In this document: one piece after another, positions 1 to 14,556 of the stretch
Numbering within the stretch: the first letter of the stretch is position 1
How the letters are laid out: the number at the start of each line of letters is the position of its first letter
NCBI GenBank assembly: GCA_951406725.2
Contig: OX597816.1
Coordinates: forward strand, 119,412,001 to 119,476,000
DNA length: 64,000 nucleotides
Source of the DNA: Octopus vulgaris
Lineage: Eukaryota
Direction: 5' to 3'
The notes under the pieces: generated by a model
Database searches by the model: none
The model's input: only the letters and a program-made list of their open reading frames with translations
What the model was told of the DNA's origin: nothing
Program-made: the position numbers and the translations under genes

Positions 1-68
1 GTCTTTTTCCATATTCCATATATATATACATATATATTGGAAGGTTTGGAGATGATGTGCAGGTATTT

Positions 69-483
69 TATATTAGAAGATATGAAGTACTCAGAAATTC
101 GGATGGTTTTATATTTACAGATATTTATTTGTATATTACATGTTTTTATACATCATATAACAAGATCGAACTAAGTTCCTGTGAAAAAAGTTTTGACCAT
201 TTTATAATGTCAATGAGTGTGTAGTGGTGGGAAGGGACATAAAGCAGTACAAGAAGGTACACCTTCTTGTACTGTCTTATGTCCCTCCCCACCACCACAC
301 ACTCATTAACACTATAAAATGGTCAAAACTTCTTTCACAGGAACTTAGTTCGATTTGAAAACCCCACTAGAATGGGAGAAAGCGCTAATATATGATATAA
401 GTTATATGATGTATAAAAACATGTAATATACAAATAAATATCTGTAAACATAAAACCATCCGAATTTCTGAGTACCTCATTTC

Positions 484-493
<10 letters not shown>
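69..493. repeat. Long fold-back palindrome (~190-bp arms, 2-nt spacer at 259-260), probably inverted PLE terminal repeats
   Basis: Centre reads cagtacaagaaggt-ac-accttcttgtactg. The arms match out to tatattagaag (69) / cttctaatata (493) with scattered mismatches. The right arm has an extra ~46 bp (355-400). TA tracts lie on both sides. Confidence 0.85.
352..392 (+). ncRNA. Degenerate minimal hammerhead ribozyme motif (U3:A8 core variant)
   Basis: UUGAAAA-C-CCCA-cuagaa-UGGG-A-GAAA-GCGC-UA: variant core, 4-bp stem II, palindromic loop III (A-GCGC-U) and UH. Stem I is poorly paired. Confidence 0.45.
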
Positions 494-547
<54 letters not shown>

Positions 548-1217
548 TATATAAAATTTGCAAAAACAAATTTACAAATCAATCAGATTCTATTTTGAAA
601 TAGAACCTGAAAATGTGTTGGAATAATTGTAAATCTGACGATTGCATATATGTATATATATATGTATATATAAAATTATAAAGTTGTGTATATGTATATA
701 TATTGTAATCATTCAAAACTGAAACACGTGTAGTTCCATCATATTTAATAAATATGAGTATTAACTAAAGTAGAATATAATTAATGAAGTATATTATATA
801 CCCTGCTGGTAATTTTGGCTATATCCTTTAAGTATCCCATGATACCATGAGTTTACTCAGATATACTCATTAGGTTATTTTTGTACTATCTCAAATAGAA
901 TAATCGCATATTGACTAAGCCCCCCAAATTGAATGAATATATATATATATATACTAGTTGTTAAATTAACCTGTATTTGTACATAATACGAAATGGAGAC
1001 CAAAGACGTATGACTGCAAGAAAGCTTCTTCGCAGAAATTATAATAAAATTTATGATTTATTGAACAAAATTTATAATACAGTAAAGTGTACTAAGAACA
1101 TGTCATTCTAACTTCCCAAAAACATTTAATGGACGCAGTGCGATAGTTATCTTCAGTAAACTATGAGGCCCCGGTGCAATGTGTATATGCAATATATACA
1201 TACATTCATACATATGT

Positions 1218-1263
<46 letters not shown>

Positions 1264-1348
1264 ACTGTATATATATATATATATATAATATCATGCCTAT
1301 CTATCTATATATATATATGTATATATATATATACATACATACATATAT

Positions 1349-1394
<46 letters not shown>

Positions 1395-1623
1395 CTAAAT
1401 ATGTATATATCATATTATATCATATATATGTAAATACATATATCATATATATATATATATTGTGTGTGTGTGTGTGTGTGTGTGTGTATGGATGTGTGTG
1501 TGTATGTCTGCGTATACGTATAATATATTTTATTTATCGAAATATGTACATATTTAGACATACATGATATATTATATCTTATTTATCTAAATAGATATAT
1601 ATATATTTAGATATATATGATAT

Positions 1624-1676
<53 letters not shown>

Positions 1677-1679
1677 TTA

Positions 1680-1804
1680 ATAAATAAAGTAAAACATATG
1701 CATATATATAAACATATATGTACGTACCTACCTCTACATGTACATATACACGCATATATGAGTACAGGACACCAAAAGGACGTCGAACACAATGAGAAAC
1801 GAAT

Positions 1805-1805
<1 letters not shown>
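1680..1805 (-). mobile_element. Fragment of an interspersed repeat, PLE-end-like; near-identical to 32050-32170
   Basis: Shares catatatgtacgtacctacctctacatgta..tatacacgcatatatg(a/g)gtacaggacacc with 32050-32170, and gcatatatgggtacaggac with the 34691 fold-back. Confidence 0.55.
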
Positions 1806-1865
<60 letters not shown>

Positions 1866-1992
1866 ATATATGCACATCATATAATATTATACATATATAT
1901 CATATACATCTATTTATTTATATATATATATATATATATTATTATTATATCGTATATATCTAAATGTATATATATATGTCATATATATTTAA

Positions 1993-2033
<41 letters not shown>

Positions 2034-2062
2034 TATCATATATATCTTAAATATATATATTC

Positions 2063-2106
<44 letters not shown>

Positions 2107-2715
2107 TATATATATATATATATTTATATATATACATATATATATAATATTATATCATATATATATATATAAAACATATACATATATGTACTTCTTATAT
2201 AAGGATAAAATTGTTTTTCAAAAATAATTCTAGCAGTGGCCAGCATATCAAAATACATTTTAAGGTGAAAATTATCAGCAATTATAAATAAGGGCAAATG
2301 AAAATATTTTCTACGCCAATAAACTGAAAAAATAGACGTTATATCCATCCACATACAATATATTTCACAATAAACATACTGCGTGTATTCATAATGAAAA
2401 ATATTGTATGTGGTTAGACGATATAAAGTATATATTTTAGCATATTGGCATATTTGCACTTATTTATAATTATATATATATATATAAATATAGGAGATAT
2501 CTTCCTGGGGCTACAAACTACAGTAGCATCCACCCTTATGGGTTAGCCATATTCAAATGGCATATGTGCATCACTATATATAATATATATATATATATAT
2601 ATATGTGTATGTATGTAATGTAAATATATATATAATACATCATATATTATTATATATTATTATATATCTTATATCTATAATATTGTATATATAATATATA
2701 TATACATACATATAC

Positions 2716-2748
<33 letters not shown>

Positions 2749-2837
2749 CATTACATATTATATATCTATATTGATATTTATAATATTAGATATATTTGAT
2801 ATATAATATTTTATATATATAAAAGACATATATACAT

Positions 2838-2878
<41 letters not shown>

Positions 2879-3283
2879 AATAACATATATAGATATATAT
2901 ATGTATGTATGTATGCATATAATATCATATCCTATATTTCTAAATATATATATATATATGATATATCTTATATACATAAATATTCTACATCATATATATA
3001 TACACATAAGTATCATATCATATATATATACATAATATGTCATATATTATTATATATCTTATATATATAATATTGTATATATAATATATATCTGTATATT
3101 ATATATACAGTACATGATATATATTTATATTGATTATATATACATTACATATTATATATCTATAGTTAATTTATAATATTAAATATATTTAACATATGAT
3201 ATATTATATACATATATATCATATATATATATATATACACACAGATACAGATAGGTAGGTGGGTAGGTGTGTAGGTAGGTGGG

Positions 3284-3395
<112 letters not shown>

Positions 3396-3624
3396 CATGA
3401 ATATTTCACTCTATTTAAATGTTACGAAGGATTTTACTACGGAACTTAGAAACTATATTCAGGAAACGTATATTGAATAAATTTTGTGTTGTGTTTCTCT
3501 ACCACTATGACAGCTTTATAAACAGGATACGCTGTAATGAGTATTTCTAATAAATGTTTATAGAAGCCATACTTCATTGATCAGTAATGAAATATACAGC
3601 TTTATATATATATACATATACATA

Positions 3625-3689
3625 TATATAACGGGAAGCTTTATGAAAATAGACAAAAGACGAAGGCAGGTGGAAAACAAACAAACAAT

Positions 3690-3695
<6 letters not shown>
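3625..3695 (-). mobile_element. 3' fragment of the HHR-bearing repeat at 24170-24350
   Basis: Reverse complement of acatttgtttgt..ccacctgccttcgtcttttg..tattttc.taaa.tt.ccc seen at 24283-24345; located between TA tracts. Confidence 0.6.
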
Positions 3696-3741
<46 letters not shown>

Positions 3742-4009
3742 TACGTATTCCTTGTAATACGTCCGTATCTAATATATATAGAATGTGTGTTATGGTCGAT
3801 GCATTAATTGAAAATCTGTTTAAGCTTGTCCCTTCTAAATATCATTTCCTGCGACAGGGTTGTACTTGTGTGTGTCTGTCTGTATATGTGTGTGTTTGTG
3901 CGCGCGTGTGTGTGTGTCTTTGTGTGATTGTATAGCACAACCACACATATATGTATGTTTGTATATATATATACATATGTATGTATATATATGTTTGGTT
4001 GTGCTTTGT

Positions 4010-4450
<441 letters not shown>

Positions 4451-5013
4451 ATACATAAATACATTACTGCTCGAATGGAGAAATGTATATCGCATACAGA
4501 AGTGGCATTCTTCTTATTTCGTTGTTTTATCGTAACGTCTATGCCTCCCACGCCAAGCCGAAGCATTTTCTTAAAACTTGATCTTACATATTTTGTGTTG
4601 TCCCTATATTTATGTCCAATCGTGAAACGATTTTATTTTGTTTTGTTTGTATACCTCGAATAGCGTAGAACGTTACGTAGGTTGATGAAAAAATTTCTGT
4701 ATCCTTCTCTGCTTTGATTGTTGACTATCGTGCAGATAGCGGATCCGTGTTATGAATTTTTAAATACGTCAGGAAATGCTTCGCAATTATTTACGCGTGC
4801 TGTAGACTGATTATCTCTGAAACATTAAATACCAGTTTGTTGCAGCAATGTTTTCTGCTTCATATGAGAATCTAAGGGCTGCAGTCTGAGTATATGGCAG
4901 CAACACAGAAATTACGTTTTGTTTTTTGTTTATGTTAAGTAATTTTCGGAACTAAATTTTTTAGATTCGCGCGCGCACGCACATACACACACACACACTC
5001 TCTCTCTCTCCCA

Positions 5014-5045
<32 letters not shown>

Positions 5046-5072
5046 AATTCATAAAACACATATATTCGTACC

Positions 5073-5107
<35 letters not shown>

Positions 5108-5651
5108 AAAAAAATACAAACTGGGACAAGAACGCAAAACATTTTGATGACGATACAAAATACACGGACGGGACATTCGAAGCCTTGTGTGTGTGTGTGT
5201 ATATATACTTATGTTCACACTATATATATGTTCATGTGTGTTTGTTGTTATGTCGAGTTACAATAAAAACAACTTTGCTTTAGACAGAAAGGTTATACAA
5301 TACATTTTGTAGAGATGTTCATGATTATTTTACAAAATTAATAAATATATGCACATTTATACATGCGTGTGTGTGTGAGAGAGAAAGAGAGAGAGAGAGA
5401 GAGAAAGAGAGGGAGCCTGTGTAAATGTGCAAGTGTGTATGTTTATATGACCATAGTATACTTGTTTTACTAAATTATTCAATAATATGTGTTTTGTAGT
5501 AGTATACTTGTGCAATATAAACATTAAAAAGCATTTTACACTGTTATCGTCTCTGTAAAGGAAAAGTAACCAACTTAACCTCATACATACATACATACAT
5601 ACATACATACATACATACATACATACATACATACATACATACATACATACA

Positions 5652-5682
<31 letters not shown>

Positions 5683-5989
5683 GGACATATATAAATATAT
5701 ACATAGATAAACATATATATGGGTTATTTATACATAAGCATAGAAAATTAACTGAATTAATGAAGCAAATGGTGGGTTTAACGCTTATTATAATTTCTGT
5801 CAGTGACTTCAAAATGAAACTTTTATGCAAGTAACAGGCTTTTATATATTCACATGTACGCATATATTACACGTGTGTTGTGTATGTCATCATGTATCCC
5901 ATATATACAGATGCCTGTGCGTGTACATATAACGAAATGTTACCTTTGTTTAATGCATAAAACATGTACGTGTAGACAGAAAGACAGAC

Positions 5990-6068
<79 letters not shown>

Positions 6069-6130
6069 GTGTGTGAGAGAGAGACAGAGACAGAGACAGA
6101 CAGACAGACAGACAGAGAAACATGTCTTAC

Positions 6131-6809
6131 CTGTGTAGTCGACCAGTCGTGGCATAAACATTCCATTCCTTGAAAGCCAGTCGTACGAAACCCCTTGCAT
6201 TTGTGCAAGTTTAAAAGCTTGTTCGGTAGGGCTGTGAAATGCACTCCCGGGCAAGAAAGGTAGACCTGGGTGGCCAGCACCCGAATGTCCATTATAAGCG
6301 GCTGCCAATAGTTGCTGTCCACCGTGGAACAGTCCAGTAAGAGGGAGATGTGTTTGAAAAACACCTGCTGCATGTTGCAAGTTTAACAATCCGGGTTTGG
6401 GGACAAAACTCATTGTAATTGGAGGTGACACACTTGTATCGGGACTTACGGCCGGGGACAGCCGAGACGCACTTGAGTCCGTTGAAGGGGGTCGCGGTGA
6501 ACTGCCCCTTGATATGCTACCTGCATTGTTGATGTTGCTCTTCAGTAAAATACTGTTATGATTGTGAATGATGTTGTTATTGTTGCCACTGCTGTTGTTG
6601 TTGTTGTTGCTGCTGTTGTTACTGTTGTTGTTATTGCTGCTGCTATTGTTGTTGTTTCCACCGTTAAAATTGTTGCTGTTGTGGAGATGATGGTTGTGAC
6701 CGTTGTTCATGCTGTTTAACATTTTGTTCCCAACAGAATACAGTGAGATTTTCGTTTGGGGTTCTTTTGCCAACAGAGCGTCTATGCTAAATGACTTAGC
6801 CGACTCCAT
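6131..6809 (-). CDS. Mnx: Motor neuron and pancreas homeobox (Mnx/HB9/exex) gene, coding exon 1
   Basis: Starts [16 protein letters not shown], an eh1 motif resembling vertebrate MNX1 MEKSKNFRIDALLA. Ends GSAFH...[18 protein letters not shown], resembling MNX1 [20 protein letters not shown] just before the homeobox exon. Perfect splice donor CAG|GTAAGA at 6131/6130 (679 nt, phase 1). The homeodomain is not in the window. Confidence 0.85.
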
Positions 6810-7219
6810 GTTTGAAATTAGATGTGAAATCCAAATGGGTTTGTTATCAACAAGACCATATACATACACAGATGAGCATAAATAAATATATATATATATA
6901 AATACAAATATAAGATATAATATATATTATATAGATAATTTTCAGACACACCCACCCACCCAAACAGACACGTACACAACACACACGCTCATAAACTCAC
7001 AAGAATGTTGAAACTGTCAAATCTTCATACATGTGCATAAACATTTTTCACATACACGTATATACATATACGTGCATGTCATTAATAATTATATATTTAT
7101 GTATGTGTGTGCGTGTATATATATATATATGACACAAATATTTTTGTTTATGTGTATATAATTATAAACATACAACTATAAAGTCATATATATATTTTTA
7201 AAATAACATCACATAAACT

Positions 7220-7265
<46 letters not shown>

Positions 7266-7283
7266 TATACAAGTTTTCTTTCT

Positions 7284-7336
<53 letters not shown>

Positions 7337-7503
7337 AGAGAAAAATATCAATGGAAAATTTTCATTAAAATTTCAATAGGAAATTATCAATATTGATTTT
7401 ATACTTAAATTTTTGATAAGGTTCACTAAATAATATTTTTTTGAAAATTCAGATATAAAATTCTAAAATTTACAAAAAGAAATCTTATGAAAAAACATGA
7501 TTC

Positions 7504-7547
<44 letters not shown>

Positions 7548-8034
7548 TATAACAATAACAAAACAATAATTATAATAGTAATAATAATAATGATATTTAC
7601 AATAATGATGGTGATTAATTTGAAATCCGAACGTATGAATTGATAAGGATTAGAAATTCTAATGAGAAAATACAAAGAGTTTAAAGATTAATAAACAACA
7701 CAATAAATAGAATCCGATCTCTTTCACTCTCTCTTTCTATTTCCGCTTGTCTCTCTCCGTCTTTCTCTCTCTCTTTCTCTTCCCCAAAATATACTTTCCG
7801 ACAGGTAACTTGAGACTGACTGAATAAAAAAACAAACGTTCACCTCAATCAAACTAAAGCCTTATTAACCTCTCATCATAGCTGACTTGCTTTCACAGAA
7901 TATCATTCACAAATGAGGAGGAAACAACTGTCCTCTTCCCCCCACCACACACTATCTCTCTTTCCCCTCTCTCTCACACACGCACGCGCTCTATCTACCC
8001 TCCCCCTCTCTCTCTCTCTCTCTCGCTCATTCTC

Positions 8035-8075
8035 TCTGTCACTGCTCTGAGAAAACAAACGGATATTATAAATGC
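8035..8075 (-). promoter_or_regulatory. Possible Mnx core promoter (TATA-like plus Inr-like)
   Basis: Minus strand TTTATAATA at ~8072-8064, then TCAGAGCAGT ~25-30 bp downstream, in a non-repetitive island. Motif-level evidence only. Confidence 0.25.
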
Positions 8076-8571
8076 ATAATCGCTTTTTTCCTGCCTCCTC
8101 CTCCTCCTTTCCTCTTGTTTTCACTCCTACTATTTTCGCCTCCTCCTCTCTCTTCTACTTATTTCCACCCTCCCTCTTTCTCTGTCTTTCTCCCACTCTC
8201 TCTCTCTCTCTCAACACCTTCCTTATGTAGCGTCAATTTGTTTATATCGCTTCTACTTCTTTCTTCCCTCCTCCTCCCACCTTTTCTTTCGTTCTCTTCC
8301 TTCTTTTCCTCTTGTCTAATTTTTTATTGAGTATTTTTTGTCATTTGTCTATATTTTTCTTTTATACTTATATATATAGATATATATATAGCATTGTTCC
8401 GTTATTGGTGAGATCAACAAAAAATGTACTCCATCTAGTGAGAGCTAAATCTCATTTAATATACACAGGATATATATATACGTGTGTATGTGGTTCTGTG
8501 TGTTTAGGTTTTATGTTGATTAGACAATAATGAAGCGTCTGCACATCTCTCTCTCTCTATGCATGTATGTA

Positions 8572-8624
<53 letters not shown>

Positions 8625-8769
8625 GCAGAATAATAATAAAATCTTAAGTAAACTTATAGACAAGCAACAACAATGACTGAACTACAACAAGAGCATTCGT
8701 AATTTCAAATAATTTAATTATTTCTGAAGGGTTTTACTCATTAATCATTTAATTACTGCAAAAGGATTG

Positions 8770-9222
8770 TGATTACCAGCGGAATCGTTAGCACGGCGGG
8801 CAAAATTGCTTAGTGGTATTTTCTTACGGTTTTACTTTTTGAGTTCAAATTCCGCCGAGGTCGACTTTCATCCTTTCGGAGTTGATAAAATACGTACCAC
8901 TTGAGCATGGGTTCCATCAAATCGATTATCCCCAGTGCCCTTAAATTTTCAGGTCCTGTGCCTATAATAGAAATAATTATCAATCATTATTATATATTAA
9001 GACGGCGAGCTGGCGGAATCGTTATCACGCGGGACAAAATACTAACAAGCATTTTCTTCCGGAGATTTTACGTTCCGAGTTCAAATACCGCCGAGGTCAA
9101 CTTTGCCTTTCATCCTTTCGGGGTCGATAAACTAAGTACCAGTTAAGCTCTGGGATCGATGTAATCGACTAGCCCTCTACCCACAGATTTCAGACCGTGT
9201 GCTTAGAGTAGAAAGGATTATA
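8770..9222 (+). mobile_element. Two tandem copies of a tRNA-derived SINE (family C)
   Basis: Repeated unit gcggaatcgtta.cacg...gagttcaaat.ccgccgaggtc.acttt(gcctt)tcatcctttcgg.gt.gataaa with a B-box-like GAGTTCAAATTCC. Further copies at ~18935-19320(-), 21590-21710(-), 37085-37205(-), 38845-39020(-), 49865-50045(+), 50990-51200(-) and 57450-57665(+). Confidence 0.8.
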
Positions 9223-9651
9223 AGAAGGAAAACATTAACAAATATAGCCAAGGTGTTGGCATAGAAGTTGTTGCTGTTATTGCTATTTAACCCCCAGGTT
9301 GAGCCCTCATCGAGAAGACTATGATTTGATCGAACACATTCTAGTGGTATCCATCATGTTTTTTTGGGTTTTTTTCGCAGATATTGTACAATACAGTCAG
9401 TACTAAATATATCCTATGACTGTACTTTGCTCCTTTCTTTCAAGTGGCCGTTTGAGTTTTAATGGAAAAGGATTTAGCTGGTATTACTAGCAGGTTAAGC
9501 CGAGCCCACTCGTTGCCCCGAACAGAAAAGAACAGATTGTAGTGGTTAGTAGTAGTAGTAGTTTTAGCTGTTCTTGTTGAAATTGTCAGTTTAACCTTGC
9601 TATTTCCGTGTGTCTATGGGTGTATAGGATATTGTGTACATTATATATATG

Positions 9652-9705
<54 letters not shown>

Positions 9706-9931
9706 CGTGTATATATCTATATATATATCTGTATAGATGGTGAGTGTCAAGTGAATCTCTCTCTCTCTCTCTCTTTCTCTCTCTTTCTTTCCTTTCATTT
9801 ACGTGTGCATGTGTATGTACGTGTGTGCGTGCGTGTGTGTGTGTGTGTGTGTGCGCGCGTGCGTTTTTGTCGTTTTATTACATTTAGATGGTATGTAATT
9901 CCTGGAAAATTCAGTCTGCTGATATTATTAC

Positions 9932-10033
<102 letters not shown>

Positions 10034-10228
10034 GCAGCAACAACAATAATCACAACAATAATAATAGCCCCACTGCAAGAACAACAGTAGCAACAAGATA
10101 TCCCTCTCTTAATTGCTTCTTGTATCTGTATACGCGCGTGCGTGTGTGTGTGTTTGTATTGAATTAACCTTAGTAGATTGATTAGTAAATAAGTGATTAA
10201 ATAACGGTATGTGTACCTGTGAGTGCGT

Positions 10229-10266
<38 letters not shown>

Positions 10267-10485
10267 AGCGAAGATTTCTTGTGTCGGTTAATTAAACGGA
10301 AAATAAAAAAAAGGGGTGGAGCTTCAAGGATTTATCAAACAGTAGGAATACGATATATTGTGGTGTTCATGCCTTTTTTTTTTTTCCAAAAGGACATATA
10401 GCGGCCATGAATAAAATAGCAATGTCTATGATAATGTTGACGACCACGAGGATAATGATGATGATGATGATGATAATAATGATTA

Positions 10486-10576
<91 letters not shown>

Positions 10577-11186
10577 TGTTATTATATAAGAACAACAACA
10601 ACCTGAATATTGGAGACGATGTAAAACTAAATAGAAATAGAAGTCAATGACTGATCGTAAGTGGTATGTAAGAATCCCGATCTAATTGCTTTCCGTAATC
10701 AGACGATAGAAAATAGAGCAGCAGGAGTTACAGCGATGACAGTAGCAGCAGCGGCAGCGGCGACGCCAATGGCAGCAACGGCAGCAGCAGTGGTGATGGA
10801 GGTTGTGGTTGCAAGGGTAGTAGTGAAAGAAGCCATTCGGAGAGGGCGGGACCAGAAACGGCACAGTAGTGTGACAGCGTTAAGTGGCCAACTGTTTAAT
10901 GACTGAATTAAAAGCTACCGGTCGGCTCGGGGTCGGACAAGGATAGGAAAGGATAAGGAAAGGAAGGGATGTGCCGGAAAGGTAGTGGTGGGTGCTGGTG
11001 GAGGATGGTAGAGCTGGTGCTGGTGCTGGTGGTGTTGGTGCTGGAGCGAAAGACTATGTAAATAGATGAATGAACGAGGGTAGATGTTTGGGTAGGTGTA
11101 TTTTGTTAACGGTGACGGCAACGGTAAGAGAGGTATCGGGTTGAGATTTTGTGAGCAAAGAGAAAAGAACAGGCATCATAAATGAT

Positions 11187-11321
<135 letters not shown>

Positions 11322-11465
11322 CAGACTGACAAATAGATAGACAAAGAGACTGATACAAGATAGAAAAGTAGACAATCATATAGGCAGTCAGACAGTCAGC
11401 TAGACAGAGAGATAAGTAGACAGACAGACAGACGGATAAACAGACAGCTACGCAGACAACGAGAC

Positions 11466-11539
<74 letters not shown>

Positions 11540-11775
11540 GCAGGCAGGCAGACAGACAGACGGACAGACAGAAAGACAGACAGACAGACAGACAGACAGA
11601 CGGACAGACAGGCAGGCAGGCAAACCGAAAGATAGAAAAACGTATTGACAGACCGATGGATAGACAAACTGATAGAGCTAATAGAAGGAAAAATTAGACT
11701 GACAAATAGACAGTGAGACATTCAGACAAGCAGCTAGACAGACGGACAGATAGACGCATAGGCAGAGAAACAGAC

Positions 11776-11880
<105 letters not shown>

Positions 11881-12071
11881 GTACTCATTCATCTATCTAT
11901 TCCTCTCTCTATTTAGCTATAAATCTAAATGTTACTGCAATGTTTATTTTAAGCACTTTTAAGTATAACCACTGAGTATTTACCGATGGTGTGAGTACAC
12001 AGGATAGAGTCAAATTTATATTTTGACGTTCAAGTTGAATGGGTCTTCACATATATTTATGTATCTCCCTA

Positions 12072-12154
<83 letters not shown>

Positions 12155-12231
12155 TGTATGTATGTATGTATATGTATGTATATTAGGTATATATTAAGTA
12201 TATATATATATTGCATTGTAATAATATAATT

Positions 12232-12302
<71 letters not shown>

Positions 12303-12669
12303 TGAGGAGGAGGAGAGAGAGAAAGAGAATATGGCATATCAAATTCCGTAACGCACAAATTCTTCATTTATAAAAACCATCTCCACCTCTAGAGGATGTG
12401 TCATTATTATCACATAGCAATTAAAACCACCTCCAACATAGAGAAGGCTATTTATGTGTATGTGTGTGCGTGTAATATATATATAAATGTGTGTGCGTGT
12501 TTATATATATATTATGTGAGTGTGTATCTCTATAGGTGTGTATGTATACACACACACACACACACACACATGTATATATACAGATATATGACACACACAT
12601 ATACACGCACACACACACATATTTTGTTGTGTCCAGAGATAGTCATTATACCAATATTGCAAACCATTG

Positions 12670-13065
12670 ACGTGGCTGTGTGGCGGAATCTTGCTTTCCA
12701 ACCAAATGATTCAGGGTCCAACTCCAGTGCGTGGCACCTTGGGCAAGTGTCTTCTACTAGAGCCTCGTGCCGACCAAAGCCTTGTGAGTGGATTTGATTG
12801 GCGGAAACTGAAAGAAGCCTGTGGTATATATGCATATGTACATGTGTGTATCTTTTTTGTCCCCCTCCCCACCGTTTGACAACCGGTGCTGGTGTGTTTA
12901 CATCCCCGTAACTTAGCGGTTCGGTAAAAGTGATCAATAGAATAAGTACTACGCTTTGATTCCAGTGCTTATTTAAGCACTGGAGTCGATTCATTCGACT
13001 AAAAATTCTTCAAGGCGTTGCCCCAGTATGGCCGCAGCCTAATGACTGAAACAAGTAAAAGATAA
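12670..13065 (+). mobile_element. tRNA-derived SINE (family A) with internal microsatellite
   Basis: Head gtggctgtgtgg..., core gggcaagtgtcttctact..accaaagccttgtgagtggattt, tail ccccagtatggccgcag..atgactgaaacaagtaaaaga. Multiple copies in the window. Confidence 0.8.
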
Positions 13066-13230
13066 ATGCATGTATATATAACCCTTACAACTTCGATAAA
13101 ATAAGGTACCAATCAAAGGTGAGTACTATGAGATCGGACAATCCCCTGCTCTCACAACTGGTGGCTCTATATCTAAATTGGAAATAATATGTGTGTGTGT
13201 GTGTGTATGTGTGTGTAAAAGTATAAACAC

Positions 13231-13265
<35 letters not shown>

Positions 13266-13442
13266 TGCATGTATGTATGTATGTATGTATGTATGTATGT
13301 ATGTATGCATGTATGTATGTATGTATGTAATGTATATGTGTGTAGGCATACCCATCAAGCGTTGCTTCAGCATGGCCGCATTCTTTTGACTGAAGCCAAT
13401 AAAAGAAATTGTATTACCACACATTTATACATATACTTACAG

Positions 13443-13492
<50 letters not shown>

Positions 13493-13514
13493 CATTATTA
13501 TTATTATTATTATT

Positions 13515-14068
13515 GAGTGAGAGAGCAGTTCATGCCATCAAAGTGACACTGGGGTAAAATATACGAAGCCCAATATACCCATCATGACTACCCGTCTGAT
13601 AAAGGTACACCAGGCACATGCATCACAACCATATGTGCGCGACATGATGATCTCATATCAAGATAAACAGCACATGACCTTGCGGGTGGGGCCCAGTTAG
13701 AATTTTCTTCAGGTTGAGTAGCCCATCCCGCTCAAACGGTCCCTGAATAAGGGTTGTTTAAGGATGTTGAAAGAACCACCCATGTTTCCAAAGGTGAACT
13801 ATTCAAACCCCAAAGAATCCCTCTCAACACATGGCTATGATGCTCCCCCACTACTTCTGCTCATGATCAGAGATGCACATATCGTCAGCCACTAAGGGAC
13901 ATGCTCAACTGGTTAAGGTCAAACAACTGACAAGCAAATCTGTGGTATTGAGCAGAATATTTGCTGTAGCCCATCTTTTATACCAAGACAAAACAATGTA
14001 CATGATAACACTTCCAATCAGTTAAGATCAGAAGCCATGAGAGCCACTGCCTGGTACTGCATCAGGGC

Positions 14069-14070
<2 letters not shown>
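13515..14070. mobile_element. ~550-bp interspersed-repeat-like insert embedded in an (ATT)n tract
   Basis: GC-richer block precisely bounded on both sides by (ATT)n. No ORF; family not identified. Confidence 0.45.
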
Positions 14071-14116
<46 letters not shown>

Positions 14117-14455
14117 CACACATTGAAATTTAATAAGGCTTAAACTAAACTAGTGAAATAACCACAACCCATTTAGTGATCAATAAATACGTATAAGAGA
14201 GAAATTATCTAAAAACAAAACTCGTGTGAGATTAAAGGGGAGCATAATTGAAATTATTACACCTGAGTTAATTTTTCTTTATACATTCTGACAGTCTTTC
14301 TGTCCCTTTCCCTCTCTATCTTCGCCTCTCTTCCTCTCCTCTTCTTTTCTATTTCAACATCTCTCGATCTCTTCAAGTCAAACACGATGTATCGCTCTCC
14401 CCTCCTCCCTCTTTATATCGCTCTTTCTAGTTGATCTTCCTCTTCTTCTTCCTCG

Positions 14456-14487
<32 letters not shown>

Positions 14488-14518
14488 TTCTTCTTCTTCT
14501 TCTTCTTCTTCTTCTTCT

Positions 14519-14556
<38 letters not shown>

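Noticed and set aside
5940-6130. C-terminal extension of the 309-aa ORF ([10 protein letters not shown]...LSIY)
   Set aside because: Read-through past the splice donor into intronic microsatellite.
5867-6373. 168-aa overlapping minus-strand ORF
   Set aside because: Alternative frame of the Mnx exon plus intron.
10661-10906. Ala-rich 81-aa ORF
   Set aside because: GCA/GTG low-complexity sequence with no domain or splice support.
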